Made by a program: the position numbers and the translations under genes
The notes under the pieces: generated by a model
The model's database searches: none
The model's input: the letters and a program-made list of their open reading frames with translations, nothing else
Told to the model about the DNA's origin: nothing
Part shown: piece by piece, positions 61,720 through 64,000 of the stretch
Layout of the letters: each line of letters opens with the position of its first letter
Position numbering within the stretch: the first letter of the stretch is position 1
From: Ylistrum balloti
Taxonomy: Eukaryota
Direction: 5' to 3'
DNA: 64,000 nucleotides
Assembly (NCBI RefSeq): GCF_031769215.1
Contig: NW_026782116.1
Coordinates: 124,001-188,000, forward strand

Positions 61720-62700
61720 GTGAGGTTATCGGTGTAGCGTAACATGGCATCTGCCTTTTGTCCGTCATCTGTCATCTCTCAACGGTTTCTTAATAACACT
61801 AGTTTTCTGGAACGATAGCGGATTTTAACCAAATTTGGTTAGAAGCATCCTTGAGGAAAGGGAATCAAGTTTTACCGGTAAAAAATAAATCTGATCGTCC
61901 TCTTTCCTTCTCGGGATGGGGCCAAAAATAGGAAATTTGGCAAATTTGAACAAATTTTTGAAAGTCCTTATTTTTCTAAAAATTCCTAATAGTTATGAAC
62001 AACTACAACTGAGCATATTTTGGCCACATTTGTTAAGAAGCATCCTTAGAGGAGGGGGGAACAAATTTTATTTAAACTCTGGGTATTGTCCTCCTAGGGT
62101 CAGAGATGTAGAGCCTAATTGGGGAAATAGAGCAAATTCTTTAAAATTTTACTCCTCCTGTAGGAATGAATGGTTTTCACCATCATTTCATTTAAATGAG
62201 ACATCCTGGGGAAAGTGGAAACAAGTTTTATGTAAACATGACTCTCAGCCCCCTGGGGCGGAAGGGGTGGGTCCCAAGAGAGCAAGTTCATTAATATCCA
62301 ACTCCTCTGTGTGAATGACCTGATTTTCCCAAATACAGTCTGGAGCATCCATTGGTGAAGGTGAGCCAGTTTTGTATAAATGATGGGTCTTGGGCCCATG
62401 GGACAGGGCCCAATAGGGGAAAAGAGCAAATTCTTGAAAGTTGGATTTTGCCAAAATCTGGCGTGAAGTATACTTTGATGAAAGGAACTCAATTTTCTAT
62501 ACACAGTGAACTCTTGGATGGGAAGGGCAGGAACCATTGTAGGGAAATAGAGCAAATTCTTTTAAATCCTTCTTTTGTAGGAATTAAAAGAATTCTGTCC
62601 CTATTCAGTCTGAAGCATGAATGGTTTTCCTGACCCCTAAGGACAGATGGTTAGGGCCCAATGGGGAATAGATACAGTGTGTGTTGTGTGCCTGGATATA
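61720..62700 (+). mobile_element. HINE-like element with diverged core repeats in VARS1 intron 2
   Basis: GTCCGTCATCTGTCATC tract followed by repeated GGGAAATAGAGCAAATTCTT units at about 62121, 62417 and 62541. Homologous to the 13.5-kb copy. Confidence 0.6.
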
Positions 62701-62977
62701 TAGAATTTCTTTCCTGAAGTTTGGATGAAGTGATTTCAGTCAAACAAAGCCCTGTGAATGATAAATGCCCTATTGGCATCTTAATTTCTAGAAATTATTC
62801 AAATTATAATCTTATATAATCATGATCTGGGTACACAATTGTTCTTACACTACATTCTGGTTATTCTCAATTCCACACTTCCATTTAGGTAAGAGATACT
62901 ACGAAAAGATGCTGTACTGTGAGTGATTTTTTTGCTCCACTAATCTTTTACTCAGTGTTAAATACATTTTTCTTCAG

Positions 62978-63078
62978 ACACCACGGGTGCAATGCCAGAC
63001 GCCTACAGTCCCCAGTATGTAGAAGCAGCATGGTACGACTGGTGGAGTAATTGTGGCTTCTTCAAACCAGAGTATGGG
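62978..63078 (+). CDS. VARS1: VARS1 coding exon 3 (gene continues beyond the right edge)
   Basis: tttttcttcag|[36 protein letters not shown] matches the conserved ValRS motif MPDSYSPRYVEAAWYPWW-x3-GFFKPEYG. Donor GGG|gtaggt. Confidence 0.95.
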
Positions 63079-64000
63079 GTAGGTCCGTCTGTATACCTCT
63101 GTCCTGAAATATTGGAAATCAGTAAAACATATGTCACTGCTCAGCACACCTGGTTATCAGTTCTCTACTGCTGTCACTTCTCGTTTCACGGAGACACTAA
63201 TTGATATGAGCATATTGATGTAAAAATATTTCTCTTTGGGATCATGGTCTCACCATACTACAAATTGAAACTGTCATCACTTTTCAGCCTATTTAATTGA
63301 AACTACACGTAATTGTGTGAATGATTTTGTGTTTCAAGGTCAAAGATCCAAACTTGATGGACAAAACATCTATGGAAAATAGAAATTAAATGTCCAGTCA
63401 GACTTGCTTGCAGTTCACGGAAAATTTTCACTAGTTTCTTATCTGTTAGTTGTTAATTAGAAATCAGCTGTATTTAGGAAGCTGTCAGTTCTGAGTCGGT
63501 ACATGTTTCTAAACTCACAAAAATATATCCAAGGTTTGGCTGTCATTTCATTTTTAGTTTGTTTGAAATTGGGTTGGTTTTTGGACACATTCACGATCTT
63601 TATAATGAAGTAAACCTGTTTATTGAAGGAGTTCAGTGATTGAAGGCTTGTGTCATATCATATCATTGAATGAGTTTAGTAAATTCAATGACATGTACCA
63701 GGTATTTAAGTGTAACATTCTATTTATCATATACATGTAATTTGTGTTTGTCAGAAAAATAAGAGAAAAATCTGAATTTCTTTCCCAGTTAGACTGGCAA
63801 ATTTTGAGCTGAACAGGTCCTTTTTCACTGCATGGAAAATTATATGATTTTATGAGATTTTATGAAAATGAGCCTCAGAAGTTATTATTTTTGCGAGTTT
63901 TGGCAAAGAAAAATTACAACTTAGAGATAAGTTCCATAAAATCTCATAAAATTAAAACAAAATTAAGATACTTTTTATCACATAACTTGGAAAACTTTTA

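Noticed and set aside
61916-62633. ORFs of 93-146 aa in VARS1 intron 2
   Set aside because: They fall within HINE-like repeat sequence and have no recognisable domain.

Overview
AT-rich, intron-rich eukaryotic DNA. The repeat landscape suggests a bivalve mollusc (inference). Five protein-coding genes could be reconstructed, with splice phases checked by hand. (1) A SAPCD2-like gene on the minus strand, running off the left edge. (2) A 12-exon matrin-type zinc-finger gene (MATR3/CIZ1/ZNF638 family, about 835 aa, no RRM) on the plus strand, head-to-head with SAPCD2. (3) A two-exon DHHC palmitoyltransferase (ZDHHC24-like) on the minus strand. (4) The 5' end of cytosolic valyl-tRNA synthetase (VARS1) on the plus strand, head-to-head with the DHHC gene. 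(5) An antisense gene nested in the 12-kb first intron of VARS1, encoding about 1131 aa with an N-terminal Crypton-derived DUF3504 (tyrosine-recombinase-fold) domain that appears to have lost its catalytic residues. This nested gene is the most interesting element. Non-coding DNA holds a 239-bp MITE, three Tigger/pogo-type relics, several Helentron/HINE-like non-autonomous elements (one apparently nested in another) and several minisatellites. No rRNA, tRNA or CRISPR features were seen. Family assignments come from motif recognition, not database searches.
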